IMG/VR virus record: IMGVR_UViG_3300032290_000887
Coordinates: 1-32,878 of that record
Length of the DNA: 32,878 bases
Direction: 5' to 3' (one strand)
DNA from: a virus
Taxonomy: Duplodnaviria > Caudoviricetes
Under the pieces are notes generated by a model. It was not told where the DNA came from and searched no databases. It saw nothing but the letters and a program-made list of their open reading frames with translations. This document shows positions 1 to 9,020 of this stretch, piece after piece (positions within the stretch are counted from its first letter, which is position 1; the number at the start of each line of letters is the position of its first letter). The translations under genes and the position numbers were made by a program.

Positions 1-331
1 CATCAAGCACTTTATATGGTGAATGATCCCTCAATTCTTCTTTGATTTTATGTAATACTTCAAAGATAGAAGCCCAATCATGGCCAGAAGCTTCACGGTT
101 TTTCTTACGGAGTCCTTTGTAATAAGGAAAGATATCACGGCGCCAATAATTCCTATTGTCGCAGGCAATGACAACTTCCGGGCCATGTGATTCTTTAAAC
201 TTCTTCACATAGGTGCGTATAGTATTGAGGATCATATGGCGAACCAAAACTTCGTCAACGGGAGTTTTAGAAGAACCAATTTGTTCCATCAAGTTAGCAA
301 TTGCTACCTGATTATAATCGAAAATAATCAT
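1..331 (-). CDS. rnh: T4-type RNase H / 5'-3' flap exonuclease, N-terminal part (runs off the window)
   Basis: Manual translation from ATG at 331: MIIFDYNQVAIANL...VRHMILNTIRTYVKKF...VVIACDNRNYWRRDIFPYYKGLRKK, typical of T4 RNase H motifs. Confidence 0.9.
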   Translation of the reverse strand, partial: MIIFDYNQVAIANLMEQIGSSKTPVDEVLVRHMILNTIRTYVKKFKESHGPEVVIACDNRNYWRRDIFPYYKGLRKKNREASGHDWASIFEVLHKIKEELRDHSPYKVLD

Positions 332-344
332 AATGATCCTAGTT

Positions 345-1427
345 TTATTTTATAACTTTCAATAGTATTGTATCACGGTTCAGACGGCCGTTGAGGCAAG
401 ATTCTTTCGCCCTCACCGATTCAATAACATTACGCAAGAACACCTTAGACCCTTTTACAACTTCAGGCAATATTGCCTCTGGTTTTCGCAAGGTCTTTTG
501 CACAGATTTCATTTCACTAAAATTGAGCAAACTTGTTCCTTTGATACTAAACCCACTAGCATCTAGAGCATGATAAACACCTAGTTTCCTAGTTTTAACA
601 TTAAACACCCATAGCTGTGTTGCACCAATAAGTGTCTTAGGCAACTCCGACTTCAATTTCAATTCATCATTAGATTCACAGAATTGGACTTTTGCAACCA
701 ATTGGTCGGCAGATACAGCCTTACGCTTACGAGGTTTTCTTGTAAGTTTGGATGCTTCACTTAATTTCATAGAATCGGTGATAATTAAATCACAGTATGC
801 CACCATCTTTTTCAATTCTGATTTACTGAAATTGGAATAACCTTCTTTCAATAAAGAATCATCGGTGCTCAATACTTCATCAAATTCAGCTCTACGTTTA
901 CGGAAGATTTCAATCAGGCGAGTAGCGTGCATTGCCTTAACCCTATCGTGCATAATGCCGAATGGTGAGGTTTGCTTGGAGAATCCGCTAGTAATGTAAT
1001 CATCAATAGCACCCTCCAACTCTCCTGCGACTTCAGAGACTTTTTCCGCTAGTCGGTCTTGTATAGTCACTACTGGAACTTTCTTCGTGTCCTCGACTGT
1101 TTTGGATTCATCCAGAGACATTAACTCGGCAACGGTTTGTTTGAGATTACCGACCGTGGCTTCAGGCAAGATTGTACCACTGGTAACGATACGACACAAG
1201 AAACCTATTGTGACATAGGTCTTGCTAGTATCCAATTTACCTTGGATTTTATGCTTCTTAGCATAGTCGGCAATATACTTAGCCGCAGTTTTGGCATCTT
1301 TGTTTGATTGATACCAATTCAAAGCGCCAGCAATCTCACTTTGAGATTCCAATTTCTCATACTTAGGTTCAGCTGACTTGCCTAAAATGCGGTCAATCTC
1401 CGCCGAGTTTTTTGTTTGCCTTGCCAT
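345..1427 (-). CDS. Hypothetical phage protein (360 aa)
   Basis: Long ORF directly upstream of rnh; no recognisable catalytic motif. Confidence 0.8.
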   Translation of the reverse strand: MARQTKNSAEIDRILGKSAEPKYEKLESQSEIAGALNWYQSNKDAKTAAKYIADYAKKHKIQGKLDTSKTYVTIGFLCRIVTSGTILPEATVGNLKQTVAELMSLDESKTVEDTKKVPVVTIQDRLAEKVSEVAGELEGAIDDYITSGFSKQTSPFGIMHDRVKAMHATRLIEIFRKRRAEFDEVLSTDDSLLKEGYSNFSKSELKKMVAYCDLIITDSMKLSEASKLTRKPRKRKAVSADQLVAKVQFCESNDELKLKSELPKTLIGATQLWVFNVKTRKLGVYHALDASGFSIKGTSLLNFSEMKSVQKTLRKPEAILPEVVKGSKVFLRNVIESVRAKESCLNGRLNRDTILLKVIK

Positions 1428-1710
1428 TCAATAATTCCTCATAAGTATATTTGCCATAGGAATCTATGAACATAATACCATTTACCGTTTCTTGTACCGT
1501 TTTACTTATGTACTTAGCCGCCTTTAAAACCGACTTAGCATCAGGAAACACGGCACATTTACCAAACATTTCATTTAGTACAACCGGATTTAAATCGTAG
1601 GCCATCGTATCATCATTAAATGAACCGTAGAGGTAAATATAATTATCTTCAGAATAGGTAACTCGGTAACCGTCTTTTGTGATTAGAATATAAACGCCAT
1701 CTTCCATCAT
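1393..1710 (-). CDS. Hypothetical protein
   Basis: ORF overlapping both neighbours, operon-like packing. Confidence 0.7.
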   Translation of the reverse strand: MMEDGVYILITKDGYRVTYSEDNYIYLYGSFNDDTMAYDLNPVVLNEMFGKCAVFPDAKSVLKAAKYISKTVQETVNGIMFIDSYGKYTYEELLNGKANKKLGGD

Positions 1711-1922
1711 CGCTCCAGAGTCACATAATCTCCGAAGTACTTATCGAAAACAGCTACTAAATTCTCATAATCGCCTGCCATCATTTCCTCACGGATTTGG
1801 GTAGAATCCAAATCCAATTGGCGTGCAAATTTTGTGGCATAGCCAATTAAGGCAAATGCATTCCCATCAGGGCCGGTCAGGTCAATCACTTTTTCGTAAA
1901 CATCTTTCTTTTGACGGATCAT
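1707..1922 (-). CDS. Hypothetical phage protein (IDLTGPDGNAF motif)
   Basis: Tightly packed ORF with a motif recurrent in small phage proteins. Confidence 0.75.
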   Translation of the reverse strand: MIRQKKDVYEKVIDLTGPDGNAFALIGYATKFARQLDLDSTQIREEMMAGDYENLVAVFDKYFGDYVTLER

Positions 1923-2107
1923 CAGTTTTTCTCCATAATATATTTGATAACATCTTTCGATTCTTGCATATCTGAAGCCGATAAAGCTTCTTCAACCATT
2001 TCTATTTGCATTTCATGTAATTCACCTACGAACTTCATTAACTGCTCTCCGTTCAATCTTATAAACCGGATCATCCGTGGTTTTTGCGGGTCATCTTCGG
2101 GATACAT
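1922..2107 (-). CDS. Hypothetical protein
   Basis: AAGGAGA RBS before ATG; first gene after promoter 2133-2161. Confidence 0.7.
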   Translation of the reverse strand: MYPEDDPQKPRMIRFIRLNGEQLMKFVGELHEMQIEMVEEALSASDMQESKDVIKYIMEKN

Positions 2108-2132
2108 AGTTTCTCCTTGATTTTACTGTACC

Positions 2133-2161
2133 AGTATATCACAATACTGTATTTTATACAA
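2133..2161 (-). promoter_or_regulatory. sigma70-like promoter with upstream TGTTG-N8-CAACA box (2178-2195)
   Basis: TTGTAT-N17-TATACT on the minus strand. Confidence 0.6.
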
Positions 2162-2224
2162 GACAATTTTTGGATAGTGTTGTTTTTATGCAACAGTACT
2201 ATTTACTCTATAAAACCATCCTAC

Positions 2225-2232
2225 TATAAATA
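2225..2232 (+). promoter_or_regulatory. T4-type late promoter
   Basis: Exact TATAAATA about 47 nt upstream of the + strand cluster. Confidence 0.7.
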
Positions 2233-2278
2233 GGTAGTATTGTCAAGACATTTTTTTGTCAAAAATAAGAGGTAATAT

Positions 2279-2557
2279 ATGGATTTTTTTAAATTAGTAG
2301 CAGAAGTAGGTTTTCCCATTGCCGCAGCTTGTGCTGGTGGGTACTTTATCTTTCTGACCCTGAAATTTATTCTGGCAGGTGTTATGAGTTCCGTTCAAGG
2401 TCTATCTGGTATCATTACAGCTTTAGATAATCGTGTAAAAACCATGAACCATGATGTTATCAGAATTGATATGGTCGTATCAAATGCTTTAGGATTAAAA
2501 CCTGATGTAAACAGGATTTCCAGAGCAGATGGTAAAAATGATGCTCGGAGAGATTGA
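2279..2557 (+). CDS. Small membrane protein, paralogue of 2711..3034
   Basis: GAGG RBS; N-terminal GFPIAAA hydrophobic segment followed by an amphipathic helix. Confidence 0.8.
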   Translation: MDFFKLVAEVGFPIAAACAGGYFIFLTLKFILAGVMSSVQGLSGIITALDNRVKTMNHDVIRIDMVVSNALGLKPDVNRISRADGKNDARRD

Positions 2558-2724
2558 TGTTATTTTTTGATTATACTTTTATGTTATTGCAGGATGGTAG
2601 TGTTAGGATGGATGAAGAATTATTAGCAGAAAAACTTCATGTGAAAGATGGTGACAAATTCGTTATTGAGATTGTTGACAACGTAATCACATTTAGAAAA
2701 CTAAAAGAAAATGGACATAGCTGA
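2557..2724 (+). CDS. Small protein, possibly AbrB/MazE-like (55 aa; not in ORF track)
   Basis: TGATG coupling; MLFFDYTFMLLQDGSVRMDEELLAEKLHVKDGDKFVIEIVDNVITFRKLKENGHS has an AbrB-like G.V....L...L....GD pattern. Confidence 0.6.
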   Translation: MLFFDYTFMLLQDGSVRMDEELLAEKLHVKDGDKFVIEIVDNVITFRKLKENGHS

Positions 2725-3034
2725 ACTAATTAACAAATATGGATTTCCAATTGTAGCTGCAGGCGGTATGGGTTACATGATATTTTTTGTGTGGACTTGG
2801 GCTACTAAAGAAGTTAAGCCTGTATTAAAAGAAGCAAATACGGTTCTAATCGCTTTGATTGACCGTATCCGTATGCTTGATAATGACTTGATTAGATTAA
2901 ATCAAAAAGTTGATGTTGTACTACACCTGCGTGGTAAAACGATTGACCGTGAACGTATGAAAGCTGAAGAAAAAATCAATAAAATCCATGATGACGATGA
3001 TGATAATAAAACTGCTGCAGCAGGTGAAGGATAA
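2711..3034 (+). CDS. Small membrane protein with helical C-terminus, paralogue of 2279..2557
   Basis: Shares GFPI.AA.G.GY.IF and I.AL..R......D.IR with 2279..2557. Confidence 0.8.
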   Translation: MDIAELINKYGFPIVAAGGMGYMIFFVWTWATKEVKPVLKEANTVLIALIDRIRMLDNDLIRLNQKVDVVLHLRGKTIDRERMKAEEKINKIHDDDDDNKTAAAGEG

Positions 3035-3037
3035 TTT

Positions 3038-3262
3038 ATGAAAAGAATATTACTAGCATTAGCGGTTGTGACAACACTATCAGGGTGTATAGTTACTGAT
3101 CCATATTATGTACAAGCTCAGCCTGTATATGTGCAACCAACACCGGTCTACATTCCACCTCCAGTCTATTATAGACCACACCCGCCACCACCTAGGTGTT
3201 ATTGGTCATATCATTGGGATCCATATTATCGTATGAATCGCAGCACTAGAGTTTGTAGATAA
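3038..3262 (+). CDS. Pro/Tyr-rich lipoprotein
   Basis: Signal peptide with LSGC lipobox; Pro-rich mature part. Confidence 0.75.
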   Translation: MKRILLALAVVTTLSGCIVTDPYYVQAQPVYVQPTPVYIPPPVYYRPHPPPPRCYWSYHWDPYYRMNRSTRVCR

Positions 3263-5272
3263 TTACTTACTAGTTGCTCTGAATGTACCATCCCAATCTT
3301 TAGGTGCAATCCCAGAACCAACTCTCTCCAACATTGCTTCATAATAATCTGTCATTTCTGGATTAGCTTTCTGACAAGGTTCTATCAAATCACAAGCAGC
3401 TGCCCAATGACCTGAATAGTAATTTTGTAAAAACTCTTTGTGTTGTTTTGTTTCTTTAGAGAGGGTGTATATTTTTACACCTTCTTTTTTGCCTTTCACC
3501 GCAATACAATCCAACTCCATTACATCATACTCATCTTTAACCTGTTCTGCGGTTATTGGTCCTAAAACCATTTTAACGCCATAAGGTTTACTCTGTCCTT
3601 CTAATCTCGAAGCCAGATTGACAGAATCCCCAAGACAAGTATAATCAAAGCGTTGATTGCTACCCATGTTGCCGACAACAACGATGCCAGTATTAATACC
3701 AAGACCCATGCCAAAGGCAGGTATACCTTCCGCAACAACCTCTTTATTAAATTCATCTAAACTCTCCATCATTTCTAATGCGGTTTTAACAGCCATCTTG
3801 GCGTGGTTCTTTTCATCAAGTGGTGCATTCCAGAATGCCATCTGAGCATCACCAATGTACTTGTCTAGTGTTCCGTTGTTCTCAATAATCTTTGCAGTCA
3901 TTGCTGTCATGTAACGATTCATAATCTTGGTTAGACCTTGAACATCAACACCATAGTGTTCTGATATTGCGGTGAAACCACGAACATCGGTAAACATAAT
4001 AGATAACTCTCTACTCTCACCACCTAATTGTAATAACTCTGGATTCTTTTGCAACTTCTCAACCATTGCAGGACTGAGGTATGTGCCAAACTGTTTTTTG
4101 ATTTGTTGTTTCTGTAAAAACTCACTTACAAACTTAACGCCATAAGCGTGAAGGATGACAAGAATAAGAGTAACCACAGGCATTGTGATATCCACGAGGT
4201 AGTTGTATCCATTGAATAGGTAATAAGACCCACCAATGCAACCCAAAATAATAAGTACGGAAGAAAGAAGGCCAGCATAAACATACCTTGTTAAAAATAA
4301 TAGTACTAGACAAAGTACCAATGTGTATAGTAACTCAGCTCCTTCAGCCCAATCTGGACGCTGAATAATTGTTTCACCAACCAATGTATCTAGTACAGCC
4401 GCTTGAAGATAATGTGGATAGATTGCTCCTGAAGCTGTTGCGATAGGATTGTTAAGACCTTTTGCTGTGAGTCCAACGATGACAATTCCGCCGTTAAATT
4501 CTTTTGGTAGATTTGATACTGAGTGCTCAATTGGCTTGGAACTCCAATCAACCCAAATTCTACCAACTTGGTCTGTTGTGATTTTTCCAAATTTAGGTAT
4601 TCTGACCGCTTCGATTCCGTATTCGGTGATTTTAATTTGGAAACTTGGGTCATCTGATGCCACTCGGAGCGTTTCAAGACTGATGCTTGGATATAGCAAG
4701 CCTCCAGACTGTACAACCATTGGCACTCTTCTGGTGACGCCATCAATTTCTGGTAAGGTGTTAACAATACCAATACCAGCAGCATTTTCGTTAAAAGGTT
4801 TAATGTTTGGTTGTATACTTTCATAATTAATTCCTGAATTGCCTTCTCCAATTACTGAGACACCTGGTCTAAATGGAGGAAAAGGGTTGATTAGTTTTTC
4901 ATTACTTGCTGTCTGTGGTAAAACAACAGGAAACTTTTTAAGTGTCTCCGTTAATTTATCATCTTGACCAAAACGGTCAGGCTCAGGCATATAGACGTTA
5001 AAGACAACCAGCCCAGCACCACGAGAATACAAATCAGTAACCAATTTGGCATACTCGCCTCTTGGGAACGGGAACTGGCCTTTGCTTCGAATAGTTTCGT
5101 CATCAATGTTTATAACGTGTACCAATTTTGATACAGAGGTTTCCTTTGAGGTTATTAGTTGGTCGAAGTATCTTAAACGGACACTTTCAACAAAATTCCC
5201 ATCGTTAACACGAACAACCAAACATAATAGTAATGTGATGAGTGCTGTCCATGGATTGAGTAGTTTTTTCAT
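3263..5272 (-). CDS. CHASE2-domain class III adenylate cyclase
   Basis: N-terminal TM, CHASE2 motifs (INIDDETI..GQFPFPR, EIDGVTRRVP), several TM helices, cyclase motifs FTDVRGFT, DKYIGDAQM, GINTG, DYTCLGDSVNLASRLEG; Lys/Thr specificity residues point to ATP. Confidence 0.95.
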   Translation of the reverse strand: MKKLLNPWTALITLLLCLVVRVNDGNFVESVRLRYFDQLITSKETSVSKLVHVINIDDETIRSKGQFPFPRGEYAKLVTDLYSRGAGLVVFNVYMPEPDRFGQDDKLTETLKKFPVVLPQTASNEKLINPFPPFRPGVSVIGEGNSGINYESIQPNIKPFNENAAGIGIVNTLPEIDGVTRRVPMVVQSGGLLYPSISLETLRVASDDPSFQIKITEYGIEAVRIPKFGKITTDQVGRIWVDWSSKPIEHSVSNLPKEFNGGIVIVGLTAKGLNNPIATASGAIYPHYLQAAVLDTLVGETIIQRPDWAEGAELLYTLVLCLVLLFLTRYVYAGLLSSVLIILGCIGGSYYLFNGYNYLVDITMPVVTLILVILHAYGVKFVSEFLQKQQIKKQFGTYLSPAMVEKLQKNPELLQLGGESRELSIMFTDVRGFTAISEHYGVDVQGLTKIMNRYMTAMTAKIIENNGTLDKYIGDAQMAFWNAPLDEKNHAKMAVKTALEMMESLDEFNKEVVAEGIPAFGMGLGINTGIVVVGNMGSNQRFDYTCLGDSVNLASRLEGQSKPYGVKMVLGPITAEQVKDEYDVMELDCIAVKGKKEGVKIYTLSKETKQHKEFLQNYYSGHWAAACDLIEPCQKANPEMTDYYEAMLERVGSGIAPKDWDGTFRATSK

Positions 5273-6372
5273 TTTTGATTTATTGTGATTGTTGTGGTGC
5301 CGCCACTATTGATTTTTTGATATACAGCTGAACCATCTTGTGAAATGTTTAACTGTAAATTGGCTTCTTGGCTCACAGAAACTTGTGCAGTATGTGACCC
5401 AATTTTATATAGAGTTAATTTTCCTGTATCATCAACACCATACTTCAAACCCGAGGCCTCACTATAACCCGGAAGCATTGTACCTTGTGCAAGCATAGAT
5501 TCTTGAGATTGAGCTAATGCTTTTGTACTATCATCAAGAAGGTTTGTTAAAAGGTTACCATCGAGAAAGTTGATATCTAGTGCATTGAATTTAGCCAACT
5601 CATTTACATCTAGAGCATTGTATTTGAGAAAATCTTTATTAAGAAAATTTACATCCAATGCTGTCTGTGTGGTTGTGTCACTTCTATTATTGTCAGATTT
5701 CACCTCTTTAGGTGGTGCAATAATCAGAAGGTTGTTTATGTTTGCTTGGTCAATCGTAACAATGACCGGAGCCGATGGTGAAGAACTTAAAGAAGATACG
5801 AGCGTTGTTTGATATGCCGTATCCATGAAAACAGTACCGGCATCATTTGATACCTGAATCGCACCCGTCACACAACCTCTATTGTCGCATGATGGTAATA
5901 GCATGATTAAACTACGGCCTAATTCATCAACCGTCATGGAAAAGTCAGTACCCCTAACTGCAACGGTAGCAGTAGGGGTCTGAATATTTACTTGCTGTGG
6001 ATCATTTTTTGCAATTTGACCGCTTGCATATCTAGCTGTACCCAATACCACTTTCATGGCAAGTTTACCAGAACCCTTTTTAGGGTCATACACAAAGCTA
6101 TCAATCACCAATTTGGATTGTTCGGTGATATTTACGGTTGTGGCATCCTCAAAAACTAATTTAGCTTTTGATTTAGCCGTAACAATCGTATCATTCATTT
6201 CTATTGTCGAATTAATTTTACCATCAATCGACTTCTTATCTCTAACAATTTCGGTTGGACCGGTTTGTTCTGAGATTTTACCAACAGCCGCAAAACTAGT
6301 TTGACTGGTTAATAGAAATGTTATTACTGCTGCCTGTAGAATTAACAGTAACGGTCTTTGCAGTAGTTCCAC
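5269..6372 (-). CDS. Secreted FecR-domain protein
   Basis: Signal peptide; D.I.T.....L.F.D......S.L and TPTATVAVRGTDF motifs; start overlaps the upstream curlin-like gene. Confidence 0.85.
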   Translation of the reverse strand: MELLQRPLLLILQAAVITFLLTSQTSFAAVGKISEQTGPTEIVRDKKSIDGKINSTIEMNDTIVTAKSKAKLVFEDATTVNITEQSKLVIDSFVYDPKKGSGKLAMKVVLGTARYASGQIAKNDPQQVNIQTPTATVAVRGTDFSMTVDELGRSLIMLLPSCDNRGCVTGAIQVSNDAGTVFMDTAYQTTLVSSLSSSPSAPVIVTIDQANINNLLIIAPPKEVKSDNNRSDTTTQTALDVNFLNKDFLKYNALDVNELAKFNALDINFLDGNLLTNLLDDSTKALAQSQESMLAQGTMLPGYSEASGLKYGVDDTGKLTLYKIGSHTAQVSVSQEANLQLNISQDGSAVYQKINSGGTTTITINQK

Positions 6373-6889
6373 TTTGAGTCACTCCAATTGTGTTAGTATC
6401 ACCAGTAGCTGTAACATTCACGGTTGAAGCACCCACATTGGTACTTGTATGAGTGATTGTATTTGTGCTACCAACAACATTAATTTCACTATAATGATTT
6501 GCACCTGTACCCAAATTTTGAGTAATGATGTTAGCATCACCATTAACAACTTGTTTAATTGTTGATCCAGAACAAGAGGCTGATCCTAATGTTCCACAAT
6601 TAATTGTCTGAATGTTATTACTTCCTGTTGTATCAACAAGAACTTCAGCCGCAGCACCATTCACAACCATAATCAATTCATTACCAGTACCAATTTGATT
6701 GATACTAACTACATTTGATCCACCACCAATAAAAACTGGTGTTGCGGAATCACCTACTTTGTTTCCTGAACCATCTTGTATGATGGTAATTGTTGATGCG
6801 TCACCTACTTGGTCTATATAAACTTCATTTGAATGCACATTTGTCAAACCAAGCACCGCCATAATAAAGACGATAGCTTTTAGTTTCAT
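6296..6889 (-). CDS. Curlin-like (CsgA/CsgB-type) repeat secreted protein
   Basis: Signal peptide; repeated I.Q.G..N units rich in Gly/Asn/Thr/Ser; adjacent to csgG. Confidence 0.75.
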   Translation of the reverse strand: MKLKAIVFIMAVLGLTNVHSNEVYIDQVGDASTITIIQDGSGNKVGDSATPVFIGGGSNVVSINQIGTGNELIMVVNGAAAEVLVDTTGSNNIQTINCGTLGSASCSGSTIKQVVNGDANIITQNLGTGANHYSEINVVGSTNTITHTSTNVGASTVNVTATGDTNTIGVTQSGTTAKTVTVNSTGSSNNISINQSN

Positions 6890-6910
6890 TTTATTTCCTT
6901 TTTTGTTTTA

Positions 6911-7681
6911 CTACTTAATGAATCTCCATAATCCCTTCTTTTCACCTTCCATAATCATTTCATATACTGCCTGTTCGATTGCTACTCTAACAGCATATGT
7001 TGTTGGTTCATTTGCAGCACTACCCAATTCCAATTCTAAAGCTGATGTGCCAGTATCTAAAAATTGTAAAACACCTAAACTATATGCGGTACTATAAATT
7101 GTTTTTGATATAGAATTAGATAAAAGTATTTCACCTGAACTGACACTTATCAACCTTAGAGATACAACAACTTCATCTACTCTATATTGTTGATTTCCAC
7201 CAATGCCAAGATACCTTGCACCAGCACCACCACTTCTGATATTAGTATCATAACCAATAATACCACCTTCAATCATAATACCAGCAATCGTTAAAGGCTT
7301 TAATGGTTTAGCTTGTTTGCCTTCATACACTTCACGTTGATTGCGGATTAATTGTCTTTCTTTAATAAGGTTGTCTAACCCAACTCTCTCAACAACCTTA
7401 AACCAATTCTTTGAGTCTTGTAATGCTTTAATTAAAAATGTCTCTGCACCTTGTGTAACGGCTTTACTGAATAGTGCTAACTTCTCATTAGGTTTATTCT
7501 GACCAGTCTTATCAATAAAACCATATACAGCAATCGTCATTGGCGGGCCGTCTAACAATGGTAGTTTGTCTGCCAATGTTTTCTTTGGTTCAATCTTAAC
7601 AGGTTCTTCTTGCACTATTTCTAATTGTGTACTAGCACATCCAGATAATAACGCAAGAAGAATGACAAAAAGGTATTTCAT
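6911..7681 (-). CDS. csgG: Curli secretion channel CsgG (outer-membrane lipoprotein)
   Basis: LSGC lipobox; AVYGFIDKTGQ, FSKAVTQGA, WFKVVERVGLDNLIKERQLIR, EGGIIGYDTN. Confidence 0.95.
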   Translation of the reverse strand: MKYLFVILLALLSGCASTQLEIVQEEPVKIEPKKTLADKLPLLDGPPMTIAVYGFIDKTGQNKPNEKLALFSKAVTQGAETFLIKALQDSKNWFKVVERVGLDNLIKERQLIRNQREVYEGKQAKPLKPLTIAGIMIEGGIIGYDTNIRSGGAGARYLGIGGNQQYRVDEVVVSLRLISVSSGEILLSNSISKTIYSTAYSLGVLQFLDTGTSALELELGSAANEPTTYAVRVAIEQAVYEMIMEGEKKGLWRFIK

Positions 7682-8140
7682 CTAAAATGCAAACCCTGAA
7701 ACTGGAACTGTAATATCTGTACGATTACCATTCGTTTCTAATATTGTAAGGGTTACATCACTTCCTGTTTTCACCCAAGAGATTGTTGTCCCTTGAAAAT
7801 CCATTGTTCCATTGGACTTACCACCTTCTGCGAACATTTGGTCGGCTAGTTGTTTTGATAGTTGTGCATAAATCCTTGATTCAACATTGACCAAGAATTT
7901 TGCTATGTTAGTATTTTTGGCGTCACGCTCAGCTTTATCAATAGCTGATTGTTTCTCATCTTTTATTTTTTGTTGGCGTTGTTTTTCCAACTGTTCTATT
8001 GTGAGGACGTGCGAAGAATATCCCATACCGTTAAAGGCTGGGCTATTAAATTGATGAACTAATTCGCTTGCAATTGCGGGCGATGCCGCTTGAAATATAG
8101 AATAACAAAGGACACTAATGAACTTAGTATGTATCCTCAT
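7682..8140 (-). CDS. csgF: Curli assembly component CsgF
   Basis: Signal peptide, then ELVHQFNSPAFNG (CsgF F.NP.FGG-type N-terminus); immediately upstream of csgG. Confidence 0.85.
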   Translation of the reverse strand: MRIHTKFISVLCYSIFQAASPAIASELVHQFNSPAFNGMGYSSHVLTIEQLEKQRQQKIKDEKQSAIDKAERDAKNTNIAKFLVNVESRIYAQLSKQLADQMFAEGGKSNGTMDFQGTTISWVKTGSDVTLTILETNGNRTDITVPVSGFAF

Positions 8141-8148
8141 GGTACACC

Positions 8149-8156
8149 TATTTATG
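8149..8156 (-). promoter_or_regulatory. Possible late-promoter variant for the csg operon
   Basis: CATAAATA (one mismatch to TATAAATA) just upstream of csgF. Confidence 0.35.
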
Positions 8157-8190
8157 CGCTTGCACTTTTAGGGTACATCTATGCAGTTTT

Positions 8191-8265
8191 TGGTACTCCC
8201 GATTGGATTCGAACCAACGACCAAGAAATTATGAGTTTCCTGCTCTACCTTTGAGCTACAGGAGT
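8191..8265 (-). tRNA. tRNA-Met or Ile2 (CAT)
   Basis: Cloverleaf, loop CT-CAT-AA, TTCGAAT, encoded CCA. Confidence 0.9.
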
Positions 8266-8270
8266 ATAAC

Positions 8271-8355
8271 TGGTGCGAGTGGAGGGACTTGAACCCTCAT
8301 TCCTTTCGGAGACAAATTTTAAGTCTGTTGCATATACCAATTTCGCCACACTCGC
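8271..8355 (-). tRNA. tRNA-Leu (TAA)
   Basis: Cloverleaf with long variable arm, CCA. Confidence 0.92.
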
Positions 8356-8360
8356 ATTAC

Positions 8361-8435
8361 TGGTACCCCCAGCAGGAATCGAACCCACATTAAGGGAGTA
8401 GAAATCCCTTGCATTATCCATTATACTATGGGGGC
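8361..8435 (-). tRNA. tRNA-Arg (TCT)
   Basis: AGGGA-TTTCTAC-TCCCT anticodon arm, CCA. Confidence 0.92.
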
Positions 8436-8447
8436 ATTAATTTATTT

Positions 8448-8532
8448 TGGTGCCTCGGGTCGGACTCGAACCGACACGGATTTCTCCACTGGCTTCTAAG
8501 ACCAGCGCATCTACCAATTACACCACCAAGGC
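8448..8532 (-). tRNA. tRNA-Leu (TAG)
   Basis: Long variable arm, CT-TAG-AA loop, CCA. Confidence 0.92.
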
Positions 8533-8533
8533 T

Positions 8534-8764
8534 TTACCTACGCATCTTCCAAGTGTATTCTTCACCACTTGGGAGTTTTCCATCTTCTACTGAATCAACA
8601 CCCATCTTACCAACTTGATTTGGATTCTCACCAACCATGGTAACATAAGCACGACCAATATTACGCAAATGATTGGCTTGTGTTAACGCTTCAACCATTT
8701 CAATATAATCTTCACTACACGCTTGACCGTTAGGACAAGTCCAATACACTTTATACATAATCAC
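8534..8764 (-). CDS. Hypothetical protein within the tRNA array
   Basis: ORF fills the gap between tRNA-Phe and tRNA-Leu. Confidence 0.7.
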   Translation of the reverse strand: MIMYKVYWTCPNGQACSEDYIEMVEALTQANHLRNIGRAYVTMVGENPNQVGKMGVDSVEDGKLPSGEEYTWKMRR

Positions 8765-8777
8765 CTTATATAAAACT

Positions 8778-8853
8778 TGGTGCTGCCCACAGGAATCGAA
8801 CCTGTTTCAACGGTTCTTCAAACCGCCGCTATGACCACATCAGCTAGAGCAGC
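8778..8853 (-). tRNA. tRNA-Phe (GAA)
   Basis: Cloverleaf, TT-GAA-GA loop, CCA. Confidence 0.9.
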
Positions 8854-8859
8854 ATAACT

Positions 8860-8934
8860 TGGTACATCGTGTAGGGATTGAACCTACGACCTACGCCTTG
8901 TAAGGGCGCCGCACTACCGCTGTGCTAACGATGC
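8860..8934 (-). tRNA. tRNA-Val (TAC)
   Basis: Cloverleaf, CT-TAC-AA loop, CCA. Confidence 0.92.
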
Positions 8935-8946
8935 ATTAATTCACTT

Positions 8947-9020
8947 TGGGGTGACTACTGGGAGTTGAACCCAGACTAGCAGAATCACAAACTGCGTTGC
9001 TACCGTTACAACATAGTCAC
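8947..9020 (-). tRNA. tRNA-His (GTG)
   Basis: Cloverleaf, C73 discriminator, CCA; position -1 is T rather than G. Confidence 0.9.
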
